Shown in pieces: positions 1 through 12,400 of a stretch of 64,000 nt of DNA (position 1 is the stretch's first letter; each line of letters opens with the position of its first letter). The position numbers and the translations under genes are program-made. The notes beneath the pieces were generated by a model. It saw nothing but the letters and a program-made list of their open reading frames with translations, was not told where the DNA came from and made no database searches. Source of the DNA: Phyllobates terribilis (Eukaryota); the NCBI RefSeq assembly GCF_046119375.1, contig NW_027362765.1, positions 63,178,001 through 63,242,000 on the forward strand, in the 5' to 3' direction.

Positions 1-229
1 TATTGGCACTATGGAACCAGCCTTCATTGCCAGATCCCGCAGCCAACATAGGAATCACCTAAACTGCAGGCACCATAGAGTCGGCTAACCCGACCACAAC
101 ACGGCAGGACAACGTATTGGAGGCAAAGTGACGTTGACACTACCCGGAAACAGCTGGCGTGCTGGAACCAGGCAGGGCAGGAGGGAGTACCCGTGCCAAA
201 GACACTGCTGGGAAACAGCTGGCGGTGCT

Positions 230-1065
230 GGAACCCAGGGTAAATACTAAAAACAGAGTGGAGCCAGAGGCCTAATTGGAGCAACTTTAAAATCAGTAGT
301 ACACTAGTAGTGTGAATGTGGACAGAGCAGGAGAAATTGCCGTACACACAGCAGGGGAACAGCTGACGTTACTGAACCCCAATAACACGCAGCAAGTGTT
401 GACTGTGCAGACGGCACTTCTGAGCGCCAACTGGCGGTGTTGGAGCTCAGGGATAATACTGAAAACAGAGGAGCCAGAGGTGTAATTGGAGCAACTTTAA
501 AATCTGTAGTAGTGTGAATGTGGACAGAGCAGGAGAAATTGCCATACACACAGCAGGGGAACAGCTGACGTTACTGAACCCCAATAACACGGAAGCAAGT
601 GTTGACTGTGCAGAAGGCACTTCTGAGCGCCAACTGGCGGTGTTGGAGCTCAGGGATAATACTGAAAACAGAGGAGCCAGAGGTATAATTGGAGCAAGTT
701 TTAAATTAGTAGTACAGTGGATGTGGACAGAGCAGGAGAATTTGCCGGACACACAGCTGGGGATCAGCTGACGTTACTGAACCCCAATAACACTGGAGCA
801 AGCGTTGACTATGCAGACGGCACTTCTGAGCAGCAACTAGCGGTGTTGGAGCCCAGGGTAAATACTAAAAACAGAGGAGCCAGAGGTGTAATTGGAGCAA
901 GTTTTAAATTAGTAGTACAGTGGATGTGGAGAGAGCAGGAGAATTTGCCGGACACACAGCTGGGGATCAGCTGACGTTACTGAACCCCAATAACACTGGA
1001 GCAAGCATTGACTGTGCAGACGGCACTTCTGAGCAGCAACTGGCGGTGTTGGAGTTCAGGGATTA
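230..1065. repeat. About 203-bp tandem repeat (4 units plus a partial) inside hAT copy 1
   Basis: Units start at about 312, 514, 717 and 920 (gtgaatgtggacagagcaggag...), directly downstream of the transposase stop. Confidence 0.95.
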
Positions 1066-1127
1066 CAGTTCAGGTGGTAGAAACATGAACAGAACAGGAG
1101 ACCTGGATACTGTTGCCAACCAATTAT

Positions 1128-4100
1128 TTATTCTGGAAGAGGACTGGCAAATTCATGCGAGATCCAAGCCTTGTTCATTTTCAGAAAAGTAAGCCGGTCA
1201 ACGTTATCGGAGGATAGGCGCATGCGACGATCTGTTAGTACACCACCTGCGGCACTAAAGACGCGTTCCGATAATACACTAGAAGCAGGGCAAGCCAGCA
1301 CCTCCAATGCATACTGGCTAAGCTCTGGCCATGTATCCAGCTTAGAGACCCAAAACTTGAAGGGGGAAGAGCCGTCAGGGAGTACACTGAGAGGGCAAGA
1401 CATGTAGTCTGTCACCATCTGACGGAAACGTTGCCTCCTGCTGACTGGAGCCGTCTGTGATGGTGTAGACATTTGTGGCGGCGGGGACACAAAACTTTGC
1501 CACATTTGGGCCATACTGGTCTTGCCTTGTGCTGAGGCGCTGCTTCTGCTCCCTCTTTGTGGAGAGCTTCCTCCACTGCCTCGACGCACTGAGCTGCTTT
1601 GTAAAGCACTATCAGCACTGCTCTCGGTTGAAATGGAGAACATGATGGAATGCACCAGTGCGTCTTGGTACTCCCGCATTTTACGTTCCCGGTTCAATGG
1701 TGTTATGAGGCTTTGTAAGTTGTCCCGGTAGCGAGGATCTAGGAGGGTGGACACCCAATAATCAGCCGTGTTGAGAATGTGGGCGATGCGGCGGTCGTTT
1801 CTCAGGCACTGCAGCATGAAAACAACCATGTGCTGCAGACTGCCAGCTGGCCAAGAAACGCTGTCCCCTGCTTGAGGCGTGATCTCTGCCTGCTCTGCAT
1901 CACCCCACCCTCGCTCTAGATACTGACTACTAGAGCATTGTGTACCTCCCTCCTCTGGACAGATGTCTTCCTACTCCATTGACTCCTACTCATCCTCCTC
2001 ACAAAGTGTCCCCTGCCTAGGCCTTTGTAAGGAACCACGTTGCGCAGACTGTACAGAAGCAGATGGCATTTGTGACTCCTCGTCCTCCACCTCTTCCAAA
2101 ACCTCCTCCCTTAGTGCTTGCAGTGTTTTTTCAAGTCATGCTGACTAGTGCATCATCTGCACTCGCCATCCGCGTGGAATAATCGAAGGCACGCAAAATG
2201 TGGCAAATGTCCTTCATAGAGGCCCACTCAGTGGTGGTGAGGTGTGAACGGCGCGCACTGCGACTTGTTTGTGCCTGCTGCAGCTGGTACTCCATTACTG
2301 CTGCCTGCTGCTCACACAACCTCTCCAACATATGTAACGTTGAATTCCACCTGGTGGGTAGGTCACATATAATGCGATGTTCCGGAAGACGTAATCGGCG
2401 CTGCAGAGCTGCAATGCGCGATCTTGCATTGCTGGAAGGCCGCAAGTGAGCGCACTCTATACGGACCTTGTGCAGCAGTGCATCAAGATCCGGATAGTCC
2501 CTCAAAAAACTCTGCACGACCAAGTTGAGCACATGTGCCAGACATGGGATGTGAGTGAGGTTGCCTAGGCCCAGAGCTGCCATCAGATTTCGGCCATTGT
2601 CACACACTACCATGCCTGGCTGGAGATTCGCTGTCACAAACCACACGTCGCTCTGCTGTTTGATGGCATTCCAGAGCTCCTGCGCTGTGTGGCTTTGATT
2701 CCCCAAAGAAATTAATTTTAATACGGCCTGTTGACGTTTGGCCACGGCTGTGCTCATATCGGTCATCATAACAGGTAACCGTTCACGGGTCGATGTGGAG
2801 GTAGACCGTGACGGCTCCTGCAGCGCTGATTCAGAGGAACTGGAGTATGAGGAGGAGTCAATGTGTACAGACTGGATTCCTGCAATCCTTGGAGTTGGCA
2901 GAACACGTACAGCGCCACTCTCAAGATCTGTACCCGGCTCCACAACATTTACCCAATGGGCAGTGAGGGAAAGGTATCGTCCCTGTCCATGCTTACTGGT
3001 CCACGCATTGGTGGTCAGGTGAACCTTGCTACGGCGTTTTGTAGCGCATGTTTAATTTTTCCCTCCACATGCTGTGGCAGGGCAGGGACGGCTTGCCTGC
3101 TGAAATAAAAGCGGCTGGGCACGTTGTATTGTGGGACTGCCAATGCCATAAAGTTACGGAAGGTGTCAGTCTCCACCAGCCTGAATGATAGCATTTCAAG
3201 GGCCAGTAGTTTTGTAATGCCAGCATTCTGAGCCTGTGCTCGGGGGTGGTTTGCCGAGTATGGGCGCCTTTTCTCCCATGCCTGTGCTAACGATGGCTGT
3301 AGACTGGCCTGGGAGTGTGAGGATGACAGGGAAAGTGGTGCTGTGGGTGAAATTACACTGTGTCTCTGTACAACAGTGCCAGAGGTTCTTCCACGGCGAT
3401 CCTGTGAGGAAGCCGAACCAGCTGTGTGTGAGCTGGAGGAAGAGGCTACAACACGAGCTGAAGAGGTGGTAGGTGGCGCTGTAGGTTGGCCTAGGTCTTC
3501 AGTGTGTTTTTGTAACTCCTCCACGTGCTTGGTCCGCACATGTTTCCACATATTTGTGGTATTGAGGTTGCTGACACTTTTCCCTCTTTTCACCTTCTGA
3601 TTACACAGCTTGCATTTAATAAAGCAAATGTCATCTGCAACTGTGTCAAAAAAGGACCAGGCACTGCAAGTCTTGGGAGCGCCCGCTTTGGATTTTGGAA
3701 GAGCCATGCTCCTAATGAGTGCCGAAGTGGAGGCTACAGGCAACGAAGTCTGCCTCCTCCCTCTCCCTCCTTTTTGGGCCATTCGGGGAATCTCTTCCTC
3801 AGAGCTGCTCCCACCACCTTCCTGTCCCTCAAGCCATGATGGGTCAAGGACCTCATCATCTACACCACCCTCTTCAAACAACTGCTTCTCCTGGGTAGTC
3901 TCGACAGCACAGTACGCACCAGAAAGTGGCACCTGAGTCTCATCATCAGATGCGTACTGAGGTGAGCTGCTGACCAAAGGCACTGGGCCACCCGCCTCTT
4001 CAGATTCAGAGAGACAAAACAGTTGCGCATCACTGCATACTACCTCTTCTTCAAATTCTCGAATTCTGCTTGGCTGGCCCCCTCTTTCCAAGCCAAGAGA

Positions 4101-4495
4101 TTCAGAGAACAGAAGTAGAGATGGCTCCTGTCCAGGGCTCTCTGACTGCCTGGGCAATTTGGCAGGTGGTGAAGAGACAGATGGGTGCTCTTCAGTGCTC
4201 AGGACCTGAGAGGATCTAGAACTAATTGAAGTCGATGCGTTAGCTGCCATCCATCCGACAACGGCTTCAATTTGGTCCTCCCGCAGCAGTGGGGTACGGC
4301 TAGCTCCTACTAAGCTGCGCATAAAGGACTGTTCCCTGGTAAAACTGGGGGATGCTGTGTCACTGGTGCGCGCAGCAGGCACAGAATCCCCACATACTCT
4401 CCTGCAGGCACAAAATCCTCACGTCCTCTCCCTGCAGAAACTCCACGCCCACGTCCACGACCACGACCACATTCCTTACTCCCTGCCTTCTTCAT
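1128..4495 (-). pseudogene. hAT transposase (BED zinc finger, DDE, hATC dimerisation domain), disrupted
   Basis: ORF pieces 4310-4495, 3015-4382, 2131-2943 and 1128-1829. Motifs: BED (WSFF..CKLC..NMWKHVRTKH), VVCDNGRNL, HIPCLAHVLNL, CDLPTRWNS, ACPASSVLSERVFS. Relative to copy 2 it has 1-, 4- and 20-bp deletions (about 4400, 3030, 2135) and TAG stops near 1970-1990. Confidence 0.93.
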
Positions 4496-4847
4496 CTTGG
4501 TAGACTGATAAAGATAGGCAGAAAAGTATTAAGGGCTTAGTGTGCTTATTCCTGAACAGCTGCTAACAGGTATAAGAAACACAAATTTTATAAAGTGTGG
4601 ACTAGACTTTAATATGAGCTAATGTGGCCTACACAACTGTAAAGTGGAGTGTTTGGTGAACTTTATTTAGGTTTTTTTTGTCACAAAAAGACACTGGATG
4701 TGCCCAAAGATGTAATACCGATAGTATCACAAACTTTTTGTAGCTATTACAATGCAGGAAGGTAACCTACAATGCAATAGATGAGGCTACAAAAAATAGG
4801 CTAATACTAATCTGGCTGGGGCTGCAGGGCACAATGCTGCAGAAAGG

Positions 4848-5375
4848 CTCCTCTATCTACTCCTATATAGTGTGTTTGGAACCAATGTAGCTGAATACGG
4901 ATGGAACCACCACACTAACAGGAGAAATCAGGAAAAATTATCAATTAGCAAAAAAGGACAATGTATGAGGCAGTGATGCACGCTGAGCGCACTACAACCA
5001 GACGTGGCTGAAGCACACACTACAGCATGAGCTGCACTCACACACAGAGACCTTGCAGACAGCCGTGAACAGTGCAGATGCAGAGCACTGTGCACTAGCG
5101 CTGCAAGACAAAAAAAAAATTCTCTATCTACTCCTATATAGTGTGTTTGGAACCAATTTAGCTGAATACGGACGGAACCACGACACTAATAGGAGAAATC
5201 AGGAAAAATTATCAATTAGCAAAAAAGGACAATGTATGAGGCAGTGACACACGCTGAGCGAACTACAACCAGACTTGGCTGAAGCACACACTACAGCGTG
5301 AGCTGCACTCACACACAGAGACGTTGCAGACAGCGGTGAACAGCACAGAGAACTGTGCACTAGCGCTGCAAGGCA
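4848..5375. repeat. About 270-bp tandem duplication in the 5' region of hAT copy 1
   Basis: ctctatctactcctatatagtgtgtttggaacc...tgtgcactagcgctgcaag occurs at about 4850 and 5122. Copy 2 has only one such block (about 60935-61190). Confidence 0.85.
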
Positions 5376-5487
5376 CAGTGATTTATAAAGTAGCTTGGGT
5401 AAAGCGGAATAGAGCAAATAGGTAGCTAAAACTGTCCCTCAGAACAACAGCGTCTATCCCTAACTGAATTCACAGCAGAGTGAGCTC

Positions 5488-5541
5488 AAAATGGCGGCGG
5501 CGGCTTTTATAGTGCATCATGACATCATTTCAGCAGCCAAT
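5488..5541 (-). promoter_or_regulatory. Putative Pol II promoter of the hAT-1 transposase (CCAAT, CRE-like, TATAAAA, YY1-like)
   Basis: Read on the minus strand: CCAAT box (5537-5541), TGATGTCA (5520-5527), TATAAAA (5505-5511), GCCGCCATTTT (5488-5498). It faces the transposase. A candidate splice acceptor lies 9 nt before the ATG at 4495. Confidence 0.55.
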
Positions 5542-5764
5542 CACAGCCATGCCATTAGTTAACATGCCTAACAGGATGTGCCCACACTTCTTAGGATCCT
5601 CATTGGCTGAATAAAATGAAACTGGCTCATTGTATTATGGGAACTTCCGATTCCGGTATACGATATTCTAAAAGTATCGGAATTAAGTATCGGAATTCCG
5701 ATACCGCGAATATCGGCCGATACCCGATATTTCAGTATCGGAATGCTCAACACTAACAGGAACC

Positions 5765-6545
5765 TTTCCCTGAAACAAGAAAAAATGTAAAAAACCTGTC
5801 CATTTATAATGACCACTGACAAGATAAAGATCTCCAACTCATATCAGGAATACATGATCCCAGGAATTTTCAGCTGCATCAAATCTAATGTATTGTACTT
5901 AATTATATGTACCAAATGCCCAACTAGAGGGAGGGTGGGAGGAAGGGGAGACAGAGCAAAAACTTAGAACAAGGATGATTTCTCTTTGCCACACAAAAAA
6001 ATAAAAAAAAAATAGATCTACCTGTGGACAATCATTTTTGTATCCTTGATCACAGCATCAAGGACACGAAATTACTGGTATTAAAAGGTAACTTCATATC
6101 TCAGAGAAATAGAAATATTTGGGAGTACAAACTTCTGACAACCTTTGACACACTCAGTTCAGGAATGAATGTGTCGCAAGGGTTTATGTCTTTCTACATC
6201 AACTAAGGAATGTGCTCTTCAGACCATTTGGGCACATCACAACCATGGACCAGACCTCAATCACAGGACAATAAAACTTTCACACTCCTTATCTATTTAC
6301 TGTTCCAATATGTAGAGTTACAATTGTTTTCTCCCCGTCTCACCTTGATAGTTCTGCTTCACGTTACTTGTCTAATCTATTGCATTATTCCTGTGTCCTG
6401 TTGTGCATAAATATGTGACTCTTCAGATTTTGTTATTCTATGTCTGATGAAGAGACCTGAGTAGTCTAGAAAGCTTGCAATTTGTTACCATCTTTTCAGT
6501 TAAACATTAAAAGGTATCAACCACCGAGGACTCTCAAATCTTAAT
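5765..6545 (+). mobile_element. Penelope-like element 3' fragment (GIY-YIG endonuclease remnant plus terminal repeat region)
   Basis: Degenerate FSCIKSNVLYLIICTKCP..GETEQKLRTRM at about 5870-5980 and ORF 6024-6206 (HFCILDHSIKDTKLLVLKG...GMNVSQG). A hammerhead-like motif follows. Confidence 0.75.
6439..6481 (+). ncRNA. Degenerate minimal type I hammerhead ribozyme motif (Penelope-associated)
   Basis: CTGATGA (6444-6450), A, GAGAC/GTCTA stem II, GAAA (6469-6472), palindromic AGCT stem III, then T-GCAAT. Stem I and the base of stem II carry mismatches. Confidence 0.6.
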
Positions 6546-7059
6546 ATTTTTTAGAAGGTATTATTCACTAATCTGCTTGCGTTACATCTGTCAAGTGTGA
6601 ATATCTCTCTTGATTTCACAAGATTTCAAGTTTGCCATTTACTAATTGTTCCTGTGTTTGCTTCTAAATGTTCAAAGTTTTCTTTCACTTGATGTTTTAT
6701 AGTCTTTTTCTGCCCAGTATGGGTGTTTGTGTATCTTGCATAGTAATGCCTACTGTGGTCTCTTGCTAATAGCTTAGTTATTCAACAAGGCTAACTGGTC
6801 CTACATCCCAGCAGAATCTTCCGTGTATTCAAATCTGGCTTGGTGAGAGAACGTGTGCTGGGGAACGTGTGCAATATATTTCTAAGTGCAATATTTTCAA
6901 AGTGTCTCACCAGTTAAACATGGCATGTGGACAAGGCAGAAGACAGGTAAGCTATGACAGATATTTTAACAAACATGCTTCTTGTTCAGTTGTACTACAC
7001 TATTTATTTTCATATCTCTTTGCTTCATATATGTTTTAGCTGGTGCTTTCTTTCACATC

Positions 7060-7935
7060 TACCTCCCTTTTACACATTCAGTACGCTCTCTCCACAATAG
7101 CCCCTCCCTTCTCCCCTCTTACATGTACAATTCTGAGGTTCTACTGACATTTCTCAATCACTCCGAACTATCCAATACCACCACACAACGCACAAAACGT
7201 TCACACAAATCATTGAGCCACCTGCTATTTCTTTTTTTTCTCCTTCTTCTAGTCGGTGGCGACATCTCTTCCAACCCCAGCTCTCCTTCCACTAGTATAT
7301 ATAACGCTCTTCCTGCAGCAGATAGAAACCCTGACAATCTTATAAACATTCAGTGCTTGCTTTCTTCGGACTCTTTTAATTGTAGAACTCATGGTTAGCG
7401 TGCAACAATCTCCTCTACATCCAAGATTTCTTCCTTTCCAATTCCCTTGACCTTCTGGCTCTCAATGAATCCTGGATCCAGTAGTCTGACACCACTGCAG
7501 CTGCTGCTCTCTTGTATGATGGGCTAAAATTCTCACACACAGCCAGACCTGAGAACAGACAAGGTGGAGGTGTTGGGCTGCTCCTTTTATCACAATATTC
7601 TTTCCAAGTTATATCCCCGGTACCCTCACTTATGTTTTCTATTTTTGAAATCCACACCGTTAGAGTTTTCAAACCCTTCTCTCTATAGTGGCAGTTGTCT
7701 ATCGCTCTCCTCCCAGTTTCTGGATAACTTTGCCACCTGGCTTCCACAATTTCTATCCTGTGACATTCCCACTTTCATCATTGGGGACTTTAACATCCCT
7801 ATTTATGATCCGCTCTCCCCATCTGCCATTCATCTTCTTTAACCTCTTCCATGTACATATCTGAGGTGACATGTCAGCACTTAATTGTAAAGTGCAGCAG
7901 AATATGTTGGCGCTATATAAATAAAATTATTATTA
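7060..7935 (+). mobile_element. L2-clade LINE, internally deleted (N-terminal 2A-like motif, APE endonuclease remnant, 3' tail)
   Basis: LLFLFFLLLLVGGDISSNP at about 7220-7280; LALNESW and IIGDFNIP endonuclease motifs; tail tgtaaagtgcagcagaatatgttggcgctatataaataaaattatt at about 7887-7935. Confidence 0.8.
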
Positions 7936-8316
7936 TTATTATACAATTAGTTTTACACTTGAGAAAGACGCCAGACCAGCGTCGAAACAAGTCATGGTAT
8001 AAAAAACGTTACTTTACCATTGGCAAAAGGATCTTTATTTCAGCAGCGCAGCCCACATCACTGTCCATTCTTGGTAACTGCATTCATTTTCTAATCATTA
8101 TCTATTACTCTAAATTGTTTTTACTTTCTCATATAAACGTGATACTTTTTTCAAGGTCAAACAAATGGCTAATTTCCAGTGTAATTTCTTTGACATTTGA
8201 CTTTGTAAATTCTCTACACATGAATATGTCTTCTCCCATGTGATAATTCTTTAATGTGCAACAATAGTTGATTTCTGGTTAAATAATTTCCCATATTAGT
8301 GGCATGAAAATTGCTT

Positions 8317-9431
8317 CTAACCTGTGTGAGTTCTCTGATGTTTAACAAGATATGATTTGTTACAAAAACATTTCCCACATTCTGAACATGAAAATGGCTT
8401 TTCCCCTGTGTGAATTTTCCGATGTGTAACAAGACTTGCTTTCTGATTAAAGCACTTTCCACATTCTAAACATGAAAACGGTTTCTCCCCTGTGTGAATT
8501 ATCTGATGTCTAACAAGGTCTGATTTGTGAGTGAAACATTTGCCACATTCTATACATAAATATGGCTTCTCCCCTGTGTGAATTTTCTGATGTGTAATAA
8601 GTTGTGCTTTCCGATTAAAACATTTCCCACATTCTGAACAGGAAAATGGCTTCTCACCTGTGTGAGTTCTCTGATGTTTAACAAGTTGTGATTTCTCTAT
8701 AAAACATTTCCCACATTCTGAACATGAAAATGGCTTCTCCAGTGTGTGAATTCTATGATGTGTAACAAGATATGATTTACTATAAAAACATTTCCCACAT
8801 ATTGAACATGAAAATGGCTTTTCCCCTGTATGAATTTTCTGATGTGAAACAAGAATTGCTTTCTGATTAAAACACTTTCCACATTCTAAACATGAAAACG
8901 GTTTCTCCCCTGTGTGAATTATCTGATGTCTAACAAGGTCTGATGTGTGAGTGAAGCATTTGCCACATTCTATACATAAATATGGCTTCTCACCCGTGTG
9001 AGTTTTCTGATGTGTAACAAGATGTGATTTCCGATTAAAACATTTCCCACATTCTGAACATAAATATGGCTTCTCCCCTGTGTGAATTTTCTGATGTGTA
9101 ACAAGATTTGTTTTCCGATTAAAACTTTTCCCACATTCTAAACATGAAAACGGTTTCTCCCCAGTGTGAATTCTGTGATGTCCAACAAGTTCTGATTTCT
9201 TAATGAAACATTTCCCACATTCTAAACATGAAAATAGCTGCTTTCTTGTGAAGGTCCTTTGATGTTCAACATCCTGTTCACCATTTTTATTTAACTTAAC
9301 AGTTGGCAATGAATCAGAGGATAGGACCTGTTGAAACGGCTCCGATGATAGATTTTTGCTGTGAAGATCTGGCGGAATATCAAGGATAATGACATGATCT
9401 TCACGTGTATCTCGTGTGGCACAATAGTCTT
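8317..9431 (-). CDS. Zinc-finger exon: 11 tandem C2H2 fingers with TGEKP linkers
   Basis: ORF 8317-9567 in the track. Splice acceptor ttttggcag| at 9432. Repeated CxxC-x12-HxxxH. Confidence 0.96.
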
Positions 9432-12400
9432 CTGCCAAAATTAAAAAGGAATTTATTATTTTTTCAATAACATTTCCTTGAAATAATAATATTACTAATA
9501 CTATATTCATAATATTTTTTATACAAATTGTAAAAAGAATTATGAACGAAGACAGTGGCAACAGCAATAGACCTTAAAGCAGGGACTTATAGATTATCAT
9601 GTTAGGTCACTAGATCATACTTTCAGTTTTTTTCTTCTCTTTTGAAGTTAACTACTTTCTAGGTTCATGCCAGGTGCCCGTAAGTCAGTACCATTATGTG
9701 TTTATCTCACACACTCCCAGACAGGGACTGGCTGTCAAATTTTGGCCTGGGGGCAAGCACACAGCAGCGGCCCATCCCTATTGCGTTTACAATATGAAAT
9801 TCACCATTAAGGCGGGCTTAATATATCAGACTCTAGACAGAAACAACCTCACCAAAGATCTGATGGTCCTTGCATAGAAATGGTACTAGAACCAAACTAA
9901 CTACATAGGAGCAGTAATAGCACCAAGACTACTACACAGATATGGTACCAAAACAAAGCTTAGGATATGTTCTCATGCAGCGTTTTTTTTTTCCTGTAGC
10001 TAAAATCTACTCTCTCAGCAGTAAAAACGCCCATTTTTCAGCATTTTAGTGGTGTTTTTTTGGTGCAGATTACATGTGTGCTTTGTCTACAGTGCATGTT
10101 TAATAAAATTAGTATTATTCACCAATACAACTCAAAAATGCCACTGTTGCATTTTTTGCAGCATTTTTTCACTCTCTTATTGATTCCTATGGGTGAAAAA
10201 ACGCAGCAAAAATAAAGAATTGACATGCTGTAGCTTTCAAATTCAGTCAGGAATAAAAACAAGCTGTGCGTGCATGAGATTTCAGAAATCTTGTAGCTTT
10301 TGCTGTTACTGAAAAAAGCAGCATTTAATTTGCATAAAAAACACAAAGCAAAAAAAAAACAATGCAAAAACGCTGCATGTGAACATGGCCTTAGGGTATG
10401 TGCATATGACATCTTTTTTTAGGTGGGTGCAAAAAATTAACATAATGCACAGTAATGTAAAAACAACATTGCTGTGCATGTGTTCAGTGTTTTAACCGCT
10501 TCAGAGTTCGAAAACTGTGAAGAGGTTAAAAGACGTGACACACTAATTTTTCGCCAAAGTCGCTCTCCATTATAGTGTAAAATGAAGAGAAAAGACGCAG
10601 CTGGATCCACTGAACAAAATGACGGCAAAGCTACCAGTGAAGCCTCTTCAGGAAAAAGACTACCGGAGTCTTTTTCTCAAGCAGCTTTGCCTAGAAAAAC
10701 TCGGCTCAGCAGACGTCAGGCGCACATGCCCATTAGGTTTTCTATCACACACTGCCAATAATTCATACACTGTCATGATTCTCCGCTATCCCCAGCGAGA
10801 GCAGGCGGTCTAGTGATCACAGATATGTGATTTTTATAGTTGCTGTCAAATGCCGACTACATTCTCATCTGCTTCTCTCAATGTTCTACTGAGAGAAGCG
10901 CCTGAGACTCTAGTTGGGACTATGCTGGGAATAGAGGGGAATCATGACAGTGTGTGTATACAGAAGAGGAGCGGAACAACGCTGGATACTGGAGAAGACG
11001 GTGGAAGGTGACTATATTAACACACTGACGCTACACTATATACACATTTAGACCACAACCCCACTATCAGTATTTGGTCAGTATTTTTTCTCAGGAGTGG
11101 GAGACAAAACCAGGTGAGGAACAATCAGAGAAAAGGTATAATAGAAACAAGTGCAGCAATTCTGCATTTATCACCCACTCATGGTTTTGGCTCCCACTCG
11201 TGAGAAAAAATACTGACCAAATACTGATAGTGGGGGGAGTGACCTTAGGAAAAAAAAAAAAGTTCTGTTTCTTTAAAGCAGAATAATTGACATAGTTATA
11301 TCTTTTATTTATAGTGGACCTGATTACATTTAGAAATATGGTACATAGCCAGCCTTAGGGCTCACTCACACTAGGGTATAATATGGCCGTGTGCTATGCT
11401 ATGTTTTAGCAGATAGCACTCGGCCCAATGTTATACTATGGGGCAGTGCAGATCGGCGATTATTTTCTCAAAAAAATGGCAGCATGCTGCAAGTGGCTCC
11501 GATATTCGGATCACTCACCCATATACAAATCTATGGGTGCATGTGAAACATCAGTCTGCACTTGGATGTCATCTGAGTGCAATCCTATTACCACGAACAC
11601 AGACGATGGAGAAATTACGCTCTCCGTTTCCTCTGCACCTGTGCTGTGATTCTCTTATGCCAGACAATCGGATCACAGAAAGATAGCACTCTGATCAGAC
11701 TCTGAGAGAGTTTGAGCCGAGTGTCATTAGCATAATCGGCCTGAATCTCTCACATGAGAGAATATTCGGCCTTCAGACCCCGGCCTAGAGGTTGTTTACG
11801 TTACAGTCACAGCAATCGGCCAAGTGAGTACATGTGTAAAAAAAAAAAAAAAAAAAAAAAACAACAACATGAAAAAAGAATTGAAAAGTTCCGCTCTGCA
11901 GAGAAGCAGATTGCAGTGGTCAGACGCAGTACGCATTATGCTTCTATATTATACTACAGAGGGTGCGGAAAGTATTCAGACCCTTTAAATTTTTTCACTC
12001 TTTGTTTCATTGCAGCCATTTGGTAAATTCTAAAAAGTTCTTTTTTTTCTCATTAAAGTACACTCTGCACCCCTTCTTGACTGAAAAAAAACAGAAATGT
12101 AGAAATTTTTACAAATTTATTACAAAAGAAAAACTGAAATATCACATGGTCATAAGTATTCAGACCCTTTGCTCAGACACTCATATTTAAGACACATGCT
12201 GTCCATTTCCTTGTGATCCTCCTTGAGATGGTTCTACTCCTTCATTGGAGTCCAGCTGTGTTTAATTAAACTGATAGGACTTGATTTGGAAAGGCACACA
12301 CCTGTCTATATAAGACCTCACAGCTCACAGTGCATGTCAGACCAAATGAGAATCATGAGCTCAAAGGAACTTCCCAAGGAGCTCAGAGACAGAATTGTGG

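Larger units (their letters stand above)
1..5755 (-). mobile_element. hAT DNA transposon family 1, copy 1 (3' end lies outside the window)
   Basis: Right terminus ...gtatcggaatgctcaacacta ends at 5755 (reverse complement TAGTGTTGAGC), with tatcgg/ccgata subterminal repeats. Near-identical to 55701-61578. Right flank acaggaac differs from the TSD of copy 2, so this is an independent insertion. Confidence 0.93.

Noticed and set aside
514-1192. Repeated 85-aa ORFs (MDVDRAGEF...) as a gene family
   Set aside because: They are by-products of the 203-bp unit, which is not a multiple of 3, so the frame shifts in each unit.
1128-4495. Domesticated ZBED-type host gene
   Set aside because: It is frameshifted, flanked by a TIR, and present as a second TSD-flanked copy, so it is a transposon rather than a host gene.
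9432-9567. ORF-track N-terminus [12 protein letters not shown]... as the ZNF start or a signal peptide
   Set aside because: It is AT-rich intron sequence upstream of a canonical acceptor at 9432; the real N-terminus comes from the exons at 15532-16954.
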